Positions 1 through 6,716 of a stretch of 10,832 nucleotides of DNA are shown piece after piece. A program made the translations under genes and the position numbers. Under the pieces are notes generated by a model. That model saw nothing but the letters and a program-made list of their open reading frames with translations, made no database searches and had not been told where the DNA came from. Position 1 is the stretch's first letter. The number at the start of each line of letters is the position of its first letter. The DNA is from a virus, in the IMG/VR virus record IMGVR_UViG_3300035208_008211. One strand, given 5' to 3'.

Positions 1-545
1 AATTTTCCTATTTCCTTTTTGAGATCATCTAATATTATAGTCGCTGCTTTTAATGAATCTCTTTTTTCTTGTGGCTCTATAAATGTTTCTGATAATTTCT
101 GTAAATTATATAATGCAGCCGTAGCTTCTGCTAAAGTATGAGTTAAAACATCTCTTTTAATTGTTTTATCAATTAATTGATCATAAGCAGTTTGTATTAT
201 ATTAATAAGTGGTTCTGCTGATGTATATTTTCGTGCTAATAATGATAAATATTTATCAGCATCATCTACTGAATACACAGGGCTTCTGGCTGGAAGGCTA
301 GGAACGAGAGATGACTCCGCTTCTTCTTCCCAATCGTAATCATCCTCATCATCTTCTAGTTCATTTAACCAAGCAGGACTTTGCCATGCCGGTTTTGCTA
401 CAGGATCTGGCATGGGTATGTGTGGTATTTTTTGACGAGATAATAATGTACGGTCGTCTGTAGACTCTTCTACTCCAATATCTCGTAGCAAAGACTCTGG
501 GCTAATAGAGTCTATGGATATTTCTGTGGAAAACTTATTTGGCAT
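1..545 (-). CDS. Hypothetical acidic protein, 3' end truncated by the window edge. ATG at 545..543; about 181 codons stay open to position 1.
   Basis: I translated the minus strand 545->1 by hand and found no stop codon. The product is MPNKFSTEISIDSISPESLL...ELEDDEDDYDWEEEAESS...LINIIQTAYDQLIDK... The ORF is missing from the supplied track only because it is incomplete. There is no clear SD. It is in the same frame as the upstream 567..1187 ORF, separated only by a TAG at 567-569. Confidence 0.45.
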   Translation of the reverse strand, partial: MPNKFSTEISIDSISPESLLRDIGVEESTDDRTLLSRQKIPHIPMPDPVAKPAWQSPAWLNELEDDEDDYDWEEEAESSLVPSLPARSPVYSVDDADKYLSLLARKYTSAEPLINIIQTAYDQLIDKTIKRDVLTHTLAEATAALYNLQKLSETFIEPQEKRDSLKAATIILDDLKKEIGK

Positions 546-566
546 AACTAAATGCCAAATAATTGC

Positions 567-1187
567 CTATCTACCATAACCAAGTATTTCAGTAAATTGT
601 TGAGCATGATATTCATCATACTCAGTTTTACAGGTATATTTCTCTTGTGGGCTTGCTTGGTTACAAGGATAATTATCATATATATCGTAATACATACTCA
701 TTGCATGGAATAGTTCATGTACGAAAGTAAGGTCCCAATAACGATCTGTTTTGGAATACATGAAAATATATTTAGCTTTTAAATCTGTATATCCAATAAT
801 ATTATTATTTTTAATGAATATATCTTTAAACCTATCTTTTCTATCATTTAAGCATCTATGACATGTACCCTCTGGAATAAAAGAAATATTCCAGGAAAAA
901 TCATATGGCTTTTCCATATGGTTATAAAGAAAGAAGTATTTATGCGCAATATTACAATGTTTATTCAATCTATTAATAGTTCTTTTATCTAATTTGTTAC
1001 CAGAAAATTCACGAATTATCAAACCACACTCTAAAACTATTGGACTGTCCAGTACTTCATGTGGTAATGGAAATATTGATCTTGTTTGTGCAAAAGAATG
1101 GCTAGCGGTAAATAAAACTATAAGAGTTGTATAGATATATTTTATCATAAACAGTGGTTTTCCTTTCATGCTATACAACTCTATCAT
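567..1187 (-). CDS. Secreted HExxH zinc-metallopeptidase-like protein (206 aa). The true start is probably the internal ATG at 1169.
   Basis: Track ORF. The N-terminus MKGKPLFMIKYIYTTLIVLFTASHSFA-QT is a classic Sec signal peptide (basic n-region, hydrophobic core, SFA cleavage motif). A single HExxH motif (VHELFHAM) lies near the C-terminus. No closer family assignment is possible from sequence alone. Confidence 0.6.
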   Translation of the reverse strand: MIELYSMKGKPLFMIKYIYTTLIVLFTASHSFAQTRSIFPLPHEVLDSPIVLECGLIIREFSGNKLDKRTINRLNKHCNIAHKYFFLYNHMEKPYDFSWNISFIPEGTCHRCLNDRKDRFKDIFIKNNNIIGYTDLKAKYIFMYSKTDRYWDLTFVHELFHAMSMYYDIYDNYPCNQASPQEKYTCKTEYDEYHAQQFTEILGYGR

Positions 1188-1206
1188 AGTGCCAAACTGT
1201 TGTCAA
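1178..1206 (-). promoter_or_regulatory. Possible sigma70-like promoter for the 567..1187 gene: -35 TTGACA, 17-nt spacer, -10 TAGAGT (read on the minus strand).
   Basis: The minus-strand sequence is TTGACAacagtttggcactatgaTAGAGTtgtatagcATG(1169). The -35 is a perfect consensus and the spacer is 17 nt. The -10 matches TATAAT at only 4 of 6 positions. This placement favours the 1169 ATG as the start. AT-rich DNA produces many false promoter hits. Confidence 0.2.
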
Positions 1207-1254
1207 GTACTTTGTTCTAGAGAAAAACAATAAGGATTTCAGCTGTTTACCACA

Positions 1255-1272
1255 ACACTTACATGTAAGTGT
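1255..1272. promoter_or_regulatory. 18-bp perfect palindrome ACACTTACATGTAAGTGT in the intergenic region between the 1315..1698 and 567..1187 genes.
   Basis: The palindrome was read directly and checked against its reverse complement. No T-tract follows it on either strand, so an operator or protein-binding site is more likely than a terminator. Confidence 0.3.
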
Positions 1273-1314
1273 ATGTAAGAAAACAATGCTTTACTTAGGA
1301 ATATCCCTAGCAAA

Positions 1315-1698
1315 TCAACGTGTCATATTAGACTTCAGACATGCCACCTCCTGATATTTCTCTATATCCGCCCCAGGAATATACTTGGCAAACATATATG
1401 CACACCAAGAATCTTTACATGCTGCCTCCTGACATTTCTCTATATCTGCTCCAGGAATATCAAAGGCAAAACAATATGCATAATAAGGATCTTTACATAC
1501 CGCTTCTTGGCATTTCCCTATATTTGCCCCAGGAACATCCAAGGCAAACAAATATGCCCATTTAGGTTTTTTACATGCTTCTTCTTCATCATTTAATATT
1601 AGTAAATTATTTTTAAGTTTATAACTTATGGTATGTGGAACGTTTTTAGCATCTGATAATATATTATTTAATATATTAACAAACATATTGTTTGACAT
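1315..1698 (-). CDS. Hypothetical protein (127 aa) with three tandem 26-aa repeats: (W/Y)xY(L/C/M)FAxD(V/I)PGA(N/D)I(G/E)K(C/Y)QEAxCKD.
   Basis: Track ORF in the dominant minus orientation, with a non-repeat N-terminus MSNNMFVNILNNILSDAKNVPHTISYKLKNNLLILNDEEEACKKPKW. The repeats are encoded by the 78-bp DNA tandem repeat listed below. The opposite strand (1341..1565) is also open across the repeats, so the orientation call is uncertain. Confidence 0.5.
   Translation of the reverse strand: MSNNMFVNILNNILSDAKNVPHTISYKLKNNLLILNDEEEACKKPKWAYLFALDVPGANIGKCQEAVCKDPYYAYCFAFDIPGADIEKCQEAACKDSWCAYMFAKYIPGADIEKYQEVACLKSNMTR
1339..1590. repeat. Imperfect tandem repeat, period 78 bp, about 3.2 copies. 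Copies start at 1339, 1417, 1495 and 1573; the last is partial.
   Basis: Each copy begins ACATGC(C/T)(A/G)CCTCCTGA(T/C)ATTTCTCTATATC...CCAGGAA(T/C)AT... and ends ...GATCTTT. By eye the copies are about 75-80% identical. One copy equals one 26-aa protein repeat. Confidence 0.8.
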
Positions 1699-2050
1699 TG
1701 TTATTGGTTGAGAAAGATCTAGCGTGCCATAATAATTTTTGTTTTGTTTTAGCGTTTCTGTTTCTTATTTCTTTTTCTTCTATTTCGGAAGCTGTTCTAT
1801 TTCTAACTTGGTATCCAGTAGCTGATGCAAAAAAATAAGATCCATCACCAAAAGCTAAAACATGAGTAGTTAATATACCTTTCCATTTATATTCTATTTG
1901 TGCTTTTGTTAATATCTCTGATATTGGCATTGGTTTATCAAATAATTTGTGTAACATTAATACTCGTTGTTCCCATATAGGATCATTACTACCCTCTATT
2001 TTACATTTTGGTATTTTTCTTTCCTTATTTTTTAAAACTTTTCTAATCAT
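1676..2050 (-). CDS. Hypothetical protein (124 aa), basic N-terminus. It overlaps the next gene by 23 nt in a different frame.
   Basis: Track ORF with an ATG start at 2050. The product is MIRKVLKNKERKIPKCKIEG...WKGILTTHVLAFGDGSYFFASATGYQ... I recognised no family. Confidence 0.45.
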   Translation of the reverse strand: MIRKVLKNKERKIPKCKIEGSNDPIWEQRVLMLHKLFDKPMPISEILTKAQIEYKWKGILTTHVLAFGDGSYFFASATGYQVRNRTASEIEEKEIRNRNAKTKQKLLWHARSFSTNNNVKQYVC

Positions 2051-2104
2051 GTTGTTACCAGTAAGGTTTAGTTTTTTTCAAATGACAACAATAAGACGTA
2101 TCAT

Positions 2105-2124
2105 GGTATAATTTTAATTATACC
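2105..2124. promoter_or_regulatory. Inverted repeat GGTATAATT-tt-AATTATACC (9-bp arms, 2-nt spacer), 55-75 bp upstream of the 1676..2050 gene.
   Basis: Read directly. It contains TATAAT in both orientations. It is a candidate promoter or operator, but such sites are common by chance in AT-rich DNA. Confidence 0.22.
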
Positions 2125-2289
2125 AATGTCTAATCACTCCACACACGATAATTGTATTGGTTATTAGGTTAACTAATACAATTAATGTTCTTATAGCTGC
2201 TACTTTGTCAGCTTCTTGTGTACTAGATCCGCTTTTTTCGCCTAGTGCTTTAGCCCAAAGACGCCACATATATATCCATTATACATTTA

Positions 2290-2323
2290 AAACAACAAAG
2301 ACGGGTAGTTATACAGCTACCCG
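2290..2323 (-). terminator. Rho-independent terminator immediately downstream of the MVP-like gene.
   Basis: On the minus strand a GC-rich 7-bp stem (CGGGTAG/CTACCCG, 2302-2308 pairing with 2317-2323) with an 8-nt loop is followed by TCTTTGTTGTTTT. It begins about 17 nt after the TAA stop at 2340-2342. Confidence 0.5.
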
Positions 2324-2339
2324 CCTTTGTGTATGTGAA

Positions 2340-4187
2340 TTACTTATCTTTTGCCGATTCGGTTATTAACTGTTCTACCCGATCAGCAAATGGGGTTCCA
2401 TTTAACAAACCAGATATGATTGACTTGACGTCAGAACCACCAACAACTTTAAGAATTTGTGTTGGACCAAGAGCTTCAGCAAATTTAGACACAAGCTCTG
2501 CATCGCCAAACCCTCTCAAAGCCGAGATTAAATGATCACTAATAGCAGATGCTTTGATTGTTAAAGCGTCGGCTTCGGCTTTTTGGGCATTTGCAACAAT
2601 CTCAGATGACTGTTTATCAATTGATAATTGCACATCAGCATCTGCTATACGCCTATGTCGTTTAATGGTTTCGGTTAAATCTTTAATTTCTTCAAGAGCA
2701 AGAATGGTTTTTTCCTGTAAAGAAGCTTCTTGATGCGCTGCTTTTGCCTTTAACTCAGCAAGCTCTGTAAATAAAGCAACACTTTGTTTTTCAAACTCTT
2801 TTTGCTCCCTAAAGGTTTGGTTTTCTTCAGCAAAAAGCTTGCGTTTAATTTTTTCTGATTCTGAAATAAAGCTAAACTCTCTATGCTTAGACTCTAAATA
2901 AAGATTTTGTTTTACTACACGTCTTTGAGTTCCAATTAATAAATCTGAAATTTCCTTGTCAAGTGAGATATATAACACCTCTACGTCAGCAACAACCATA
3001 TTGTTGTCAAAAACATGTCCAGATCTAGATCCGTTTTCTAACTTCTTACCAAGGGTTAAATCCCTGATAATTTCCGATGCGTTTTCATAAAATTCTCTAA
3101 TTGTAAACTTTTTAACTGCGCCTCTTAATACAGATCTCATATGATCGCATAAAAACTTAACATAATTTTCTATAGAGAACCAACTGGTAAAATCTTCTCC
3201 AGTAAAGGAAACTCTATATGCAAGCTTAATTTCAATCTTGCAATAATCCTTTGTTTCAACACTTACAATATCTGTAACTGGATTGTTATTAATCTTAAGA
3301 TAAATTGTATTTAAAAGACTCTCTGTGTTTTTTGGCTTTCCTGTAGATAGAGATACTACATGAGGAATCTCATGGTATTCTAACATAGCCGTTTTAGGAC
3401 CAACAATTACTCTTCTAATACCAGATTCACCTTTAGAGGTTAACATAACGGCATAACCATCCCAAACATCTATGGTTACACATCCGTCATATTTGGCATT
3501 TAATGTTAATGTGCGCGGGGGCGTGTATTTATTGCTTCTATTTAATTCAGTTCCAAAAGTGGAATTTCCAGTTGCTTGCTTAACACGCCTATTAAAACTT
3601 CGTAAAGGCAAACAGGCGTCCTCATCAATTGCACACGCCGCAGATGCAACTGATGCAGAATACACAGCAGCTTCAAATGGCTCTGTAGTATTTGCCTGTA
3701 AAGATATATTATGAGATAATGCCTCGTTGTTTCCAGGATACATTACTTCACATAGTGAAGGATCCAAAACCCTACGGACAATTACCTCTGTTCTAGGATC
3801 TGGTAAAAATAATAATGGTCCTTTAATTATAGAAATAATTCCGGTGTTTCTATTGGCAACATATCTAGCTTCACCTTCCGGTATCATTACTCCATAATGA
3901 ACATCTTGATCTTCATACTTAATTATAGAATTTTCTTTTCTAGGAAAGTAAATTGGGGTATCCTTGCCGGTAATAAATAATTCATCACCAGCTTTATAAG
4001 CCCCATATTCATCTTGATAATTTTCTATTACTTTAACATACAAACCTGAGTTTGGAGTTAATTCATAAGCTTTAAACTTACGAACTAAAACTCCATCTTT
4101 GTTGTTTTTTTTCATAAAACTCTTCAGTTGGCTGTGGAAATACAACAGCAGGCCCTTGAACATATCGTTTATCTCCACTTTGGTCAA
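2340..4187 (-). CDS. Segment 3 of the disrupted MVP-like gene (615 aa): remaining vault repeats, shoulder domain, cap-helix and cap-ring.
   Basis: Longest track ORF in the window. Its MVP shoulder and cap motifs are strong (see the pseudogene entry). The annotated M at 4187 is internal to the real protein. Confidence 0.7.
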   Translation of the reverse strand: MTKVEINDMFKGLLLYFHSQLKSFMKKNNKDGVLVRKFKAYELTPNSGLYVKVIENYQDEYGAYKAGDELFITGKDTPIYFPRKENSIIKYEDQDVHYGVMIPEGEARYVANRNTGIISIIKGPLLFLPDPRTEVIVRRVLDPSLCEVMYPGNNEALSHNISLQANTTEPFEAAVYSASVASAACAIDEDACLPLRSFNRRVKQATGNSTFGTELNRSNKYTPPRTLTLNAKYDGCVTIDVWDGYAVMLTSKGESGIRRVIVGPKTAMLEYHEIPHVVSLSTGKPKNTESLLNTIYLKINNNPVTDIVSVETKDYCKIEIKLAYRVSFTGEDFTSWFSIENYVKFLCDHMRSVLRGAVKKFTIREFYENASEIIRDLTLGKKLENGSRSGHVFDNNMVVADVEVLYISLDKEISDLLIGTQRRVVKQNLYLESKHREFSFISESEKIKRKLFAEENQTFREQKEFEKQSVALFTELAELKAKAAHQEASLQEKTILALEEIKDLTETIKRHRRIADADVQLSIDKQSSEIVANAQKAEADALTIKASAISDHLISALRGFGDAELVSKFAEALGPTQILKVVGGSDVKSIISGLLNGTPFADRVEQLITESAKDK

Positions 4188-4518
4188 TTAACAAACAATA
4201 CTCAAGCCTTTCTAAAGTAACAGCGTCACGGACATATATCCGATTTGGTCCATCAAAACCCGCTGTTACTACCTCAAAACCAGTTGTTGGCATATAGAAG
4301 CTAACCTGATCGCCTCTAATAACTAACAACTTGCCAGTTCTAAGATCTGTTGGCTTGTCAATATTAAGCTTATCAGTTGTTTCTGTGTTTACTTCTTCAC
4401 CTTTTCTGGTTTTTAGCAGCTGCTTATCCCAGTTAGCATTTGCTGTATCTTCATTATAAACTCTAATAATCAAATATTGATTGTGACGAAGATGATGTCC
4501 TTGAATTATACGAACCAT
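4078..4518 (-). CDS. Segment 2 of the disrupted MVP-like gene (vault repeats, 146 aa as an ORF).
   Basis: IIQGHHLRHNQYLIIRVY is close to the MVP repeat EIIQATIIRQNQALRLRA, and GKLLVIRGDQVSFYMPTTGFEVV is close to [21 protein letters not shown]. The frame is lost after ...EFYEKKQQ inside GAA AAA AAA CAA. Removing one A restores ...EFYEKNNKDGVLVRKFKA..., which continues into the 615-aa ORF. Confidence 0.5.
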   Translation of the reverse strand: MVRIIQGHHLRHNQYLIIRVYNEDTANANWDKQLLKTRKGEEVNTETTDKLNIDKPTDLRTGKLLVIRGDQVSFYMPTTGFEVVTAGFDGPNRIYVRDAVTLERLEYCLLIDQSGDKRYVQGPAVVFPQPTEEFYEKKQQRWSFSS

Positions 4519-4878
4519 TTATCCAGGCCAAGAGCTAAAACTCACAGGGCCAGGAACAATAATCTTTCTACTAATCTCTAAATCCGGCATTACTGATGCT
4601 GTGCCATCAGTAGGATGTTTCTTGTTTGGATCTTTTGCGGGATTTTTGAGAGATATATACCAGCCTTCTGGTGCTACATGCTTTACCATCTTAGCATTAG
4701 ACCAGTTTACAGATTCAAATTTTTTGAGTTCGCTATTAAATCTAACTAGCTGATCTGTTTTTGATAAACTATGGTTAAACGGACCAGAGAACGTTCTTAT
4801 AGATCCACTTTGAGAACCCATGCAAAACGCATACTCATTTGGAGCCAGAGCAAGATCTTTAGATTCTGTTTCAGACAT
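4519..4878 (-). CDS. Segment 1 of the disrupted MVP-like gene (N-terminal vault repeats). It ends at an in-frame TAA directly abutting the next ATG (TGG CCT GGA TAA ATG GTT).
   Basis: Track ORF 4519..4923 starts at TTG. The first ATG is at 4878 (MSETESKDLALAPNEYAFCMG...), which aligns with the MVP N-terminus MATEEFIIRIPPYHYIHV. Confidence 0.5.
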   Translation of the reverse strand: MSETESKDLALAPNEYAFCMGSQSGSIRTFSGPFNHSLSKTDQLVRFNSELKKFESVNWSNAKMVKHVAPEGWYISLKNPAKDPNKKHPTDGTASVMPDLEISRKIIVPGPVSFSSWPG

Positions 4879-5064
4879 TTTTGTTCTTCTATCTACGCAG
4901 TTTACTTTCGAAATGGTTTGCAAACTTTACTTTTTAAATCTTGAAACCTAAGACGGATCGTTTGTTTTGGTAGTGTTTTTATATTAACAACATACTCACA
5001 TGAACATAAATATGCATATTCTTTTTCTGATATTGTGTTTTTTATTTTATAAACTTTTATACGA

Positions 5065-5086
5065 TTATTCATAATATTATGAATAA
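5065..5086. promoter_or_regulatory. 22-bp perfect palindrome TTATTCATAATATTATGAATAA in the 525-bp AT-rich spacer between the RNA-repair module and the MVP-like gene.
   Basis: Checked against its reverse complement. It lies about 190-210 bp upstream of the MVP ATG at 4878 and is a candidate operator. An (AT)6 tract sits nearby at about 5104-5116. Confidence 0.3.
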
Positions 5087-5448
5087 ACATGTGTGAATTT
5101 GACAATATATATATATAACTACAAAGCCACCTATAGCAAAAACTATTGGAACAATACCAATTAACATACATTTTAATATATTTTCCACCCCAAGCAATAT
5201 CCAACCTGTAATACCAGAACACATAACACTAATATGAGCATACCTTAAAACTGGATAATTAAAAAATAGATTGTTATTTCTTGTGAAAAATTTATATTCT
5301 CCTGCTGGTCCCCATAAAGTACTAAAAGTATTAAATTTAAAATCAAACCAGAATATCTTACATATGAACTTCATAATGGTTAATAAAATTAACCGTATTA
5401 ATGTGAACAAAAAAGAAAACAAAAATATTATTGGCTGTACTGAATATG

Positions 5449-6108
5449 CTAATAGTCTTCTTTTTCTAAAATCACATTCATTATTTGGTTTTGTATTCCA
5501 AAAGAAATTGACCCAATTTTTCCCCAGCTAGGCGGTTCTTTTGCAAAAATACCATCAGGAACCTCAACGTCTAAATATGTTGATGTGATCACTGATTTGT
5601 CATTAATAAATATGTATCTTTTTTTAGTATGAAATAAATCTTCATTCCAATTATCTTCAGATACAAAATTCCCAGATACGTCTTCATACATTATTTTAAA
5701 ATAATCAAAAGAAAAACGAGTTGACTTCTTATAATCATAAATACATTGAAAAATTCTTGCAAAAATTCTATGTTTTCCAGGTTGGTTAAACTGTATGTAT
5801 GTAGCTAAATCTGATAATGGTACAACTATTGTTTCGTGATATTTTATAATTTCATTATATTTTATGGGTGATGTAAATATAGCAATGACAGGCTTGTAAT
5901 AATCTATATTTTTATTAGTTATTAATGTGTTTTTCTTGGGGTTAAAATAATCTAATAATTCTTTATTTACACACCAGGATATTAATATAGAACCAGACGT
6001 TATATCGTCATCATTAATCTTTAATGATACTCCTTGAATCTCTTCTTCTTCTTCTTCTTCTTCTTCTTCTAAGAAATCTGTATTAATATCTTTAGAAATA
6101 TCTGTCAT
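5449..6108 (-). CDS. Hypothetical protein (219 aa) with an N-terminal poly-Glu tract (E10). It is the last gene of the RtcB/Nudix module.
   Basis: Track ORF with an ATG at 6108 and AAAGG 8 nt upstream. It starts 11 bp after the Nudix stop. The product is MTDISKDINTDFLEEEEEEEEEEIQGVSLKINDDD... I recognised no family. Confidence 0.6.
   Translation of the reverse strand: MTDISKDINTDFLEEEEEEEEEEIQGVSLKINDDDITSGSILISWCVNKELLDYFNPKKNTLITNKNIDYYKPVIAIFTSPIKYNEIIKYHETIVVPLSDLATYIQFNQPGKHRIFARIFQCIYDYKKSTRFSFDYFKIMYEDVSGNFVSEDNWNEDLFHTKKRYIFINDKSVITSTYLDVEVPDGIFAKEPPSWGKIGSISFGIQNQIMNVILEKEDY
6040..6069. repeat. Trinucleotide microsatellite CTC(TTC)9 on the plus strand, which is GAG(GAA)9 in the mRNA. 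It encodes the E10 tract.
   Basis: Counted base by base: TTC units at 6043-6069, preceded by CTC at 6040-6042. Confidence 0.9.
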
Positions 6109-6119
6109 TTCAAATACCT

Positions 6120-6536
6120 TTACACAGGAAGAACATCTTTATGTTGTTTCAAAAAATTTTGTATAGGTTCAAATAGTGGATCAGGCAAGTCTTCTTCGTG
6201 AAACCATTTCCACTCTGCACATTTATTTGGTTCCATTAATGTAGGGGTAAGGCACTCTCCAACATCATATCCAAAATATAATGTAATATATCTTTTTTCT
6301 GGCGAAAACTCACTTAACACAAACCCAAGTTTATTTAAAGGACCTTCAATTTCAATACCAGTCTCTTCTTTAAGCTCTCTAATAACAGATTCTTCTGGGT
6401 TTTCAATACCATCAACATGTCCACCAGGAAAGCTCCATGTTCCTGCCCCATGAGAACTTTTTCTTAAACCCATCAATACATATTGATTATGCCTTAGAAC
6501 AATACAAGTTCCAACTTTGAATGGTGTAGTAGTCAT
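6120..6536 (-). CDS. Nudix hydrolase (138 aa).
   Basis: Complete Nudix box GGHVDGIENPEESVIRELKEETGIEI, matching Gx5Ex7REUxEExGU. The size is typical of single-domain Nudix enzymes. ATG start at 6536. I cannot assign a substrate. Confidence 0.85.
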   Translation of the reverse strand: MTTTPFKVGTCIVLRHNQYVLMGLRKSSHGAGTWSFPGGHVDGIENPEESVIRELKEETGIEIEGPLNKLGFVLSEFSPEKRYITLYFGYDVGECLTPTLMEPNKCAEWKWFHEEDLPDPLFEPIQNFLKQHKDVLPV

Positions 6537-6551
6537 TATGTTACCAAGGAT

Positions 6552-6704
6552 TTATTTGTTTTTTAAATCTTCTTTTAAGATAGTTATTAGGTAGTGAACA
6601 GCTCCATACTCAACATTTTCTTGTCTAAATTTATCCTCAATTATTTTTAACGTATGATCAAATAGTAAGTCAAAATATTTTTCTTCAACTATTATTGCTT
6701 TCAT
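6552..6704 (-). CDS. Small ORF (50 aa: MKAIIVEEKYFDLLFDHTLKIIEDKFRQENVEYGAVHYLITILKEDLKNK) between rtcB and the Nudix gene.
   Basis: Translated by hand. It is absent from the track because of its size. AGGA lies 9 nt upstream of the ATG. It starts 12 bp after the rtcB stop and ends 15 bp before the Nudix start, so it fits a co-translated operon member. It could still be spurious. Confidence 0.3.
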   Translation of the reverse strand: MKAIIVEEKYFDLLFDHTLKIIEDKFRQENVEYGAVHYLITILKEDLKNK

Positions 6705-6716
6705 GTTTAATTCCTA

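Larger units (their letters stand above)
2340..4923 (-). pseudogene. Major vault protein (MVP) homologue, about 845 codons if repaired. The frame is broken by an in-frame TAA (4519-4521) and a +1-nt frameshift in an A8 run (plus-strand T8 at 4105-4112). The likely ATG start is 4878; the track shows TTG at 4923.
   Basis: I aligned the three consecutive ORFs to eukaryotic MVP as I recall it. Segment 1 YAFCMGSQSGSIRTFSGPFNHSLSKTDQLVRF matches the first MVP repeat [31 protein letters not shown] with identical GP spacing. Segment 3 carries the shoulder region VSLSTGKPK...TDIVSVETKDYCKIEIKLAYRVSF, close to VLSLSAGRPKRP...[24 protein letters not shown]. It also carries the cap-helix coiled coil and the cap-ring motif ALGPTQILKVVGGSDVKSIISGLLNGTPF, close to [42 protein letters not shown]. 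Homology continues across both disruptions, so they fall inside the gene and not at gene boundaries. Confidence 0.6.

Noticed and set aside
1341-1565. Plus-strand ORF (74 aa) across the 78-bp repeats.
   Set aside because: It is open only because the tandem repeat lacks stops in this frame. It is shorter than the minus-strand ORF and runs against the locus orientation. I kept it as a caveat in the repeat finding.
1676-2050. The 124-aa and 127-aa ORFs as one frameshifted gene.
   Set aside because: They are in different frames with a 23-nt overlap, but there is no homopolymer or homology evidence linking them. I treated them as separate overlapping genes.
2157-3714. Plus-strand track ORFs 2157..2369, 2329..2535 and 3472..3714.
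   Set aside because: They are short, lie antisense to or overlap the long MVP-like minus-strand CDS or its terminator region, and have no recognisable product. They are shadow ORFs.
4519-4521. The in-frame TAA in the MVP gene as evidence of a reassigned stop codon or alternative genetic code.
   Set aside because: rtcB, the MVP gene itself and other ORFs here terminate with TAA at positions consistent with the protein ends. The standard code applies.
4902-5531. ORFs 4902..5222(-), 5069..5422(-) and 5271..5531(+) in the MVP upstream spacer.
   Set aside because: They are highly hydrophobic, low-complexity translations of a region visibly more AT-rich than the genes. They overlap each other and the 22-bp palindrome. 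I judged the region intergenic, though a small membrane protein cannot be fully excluded.
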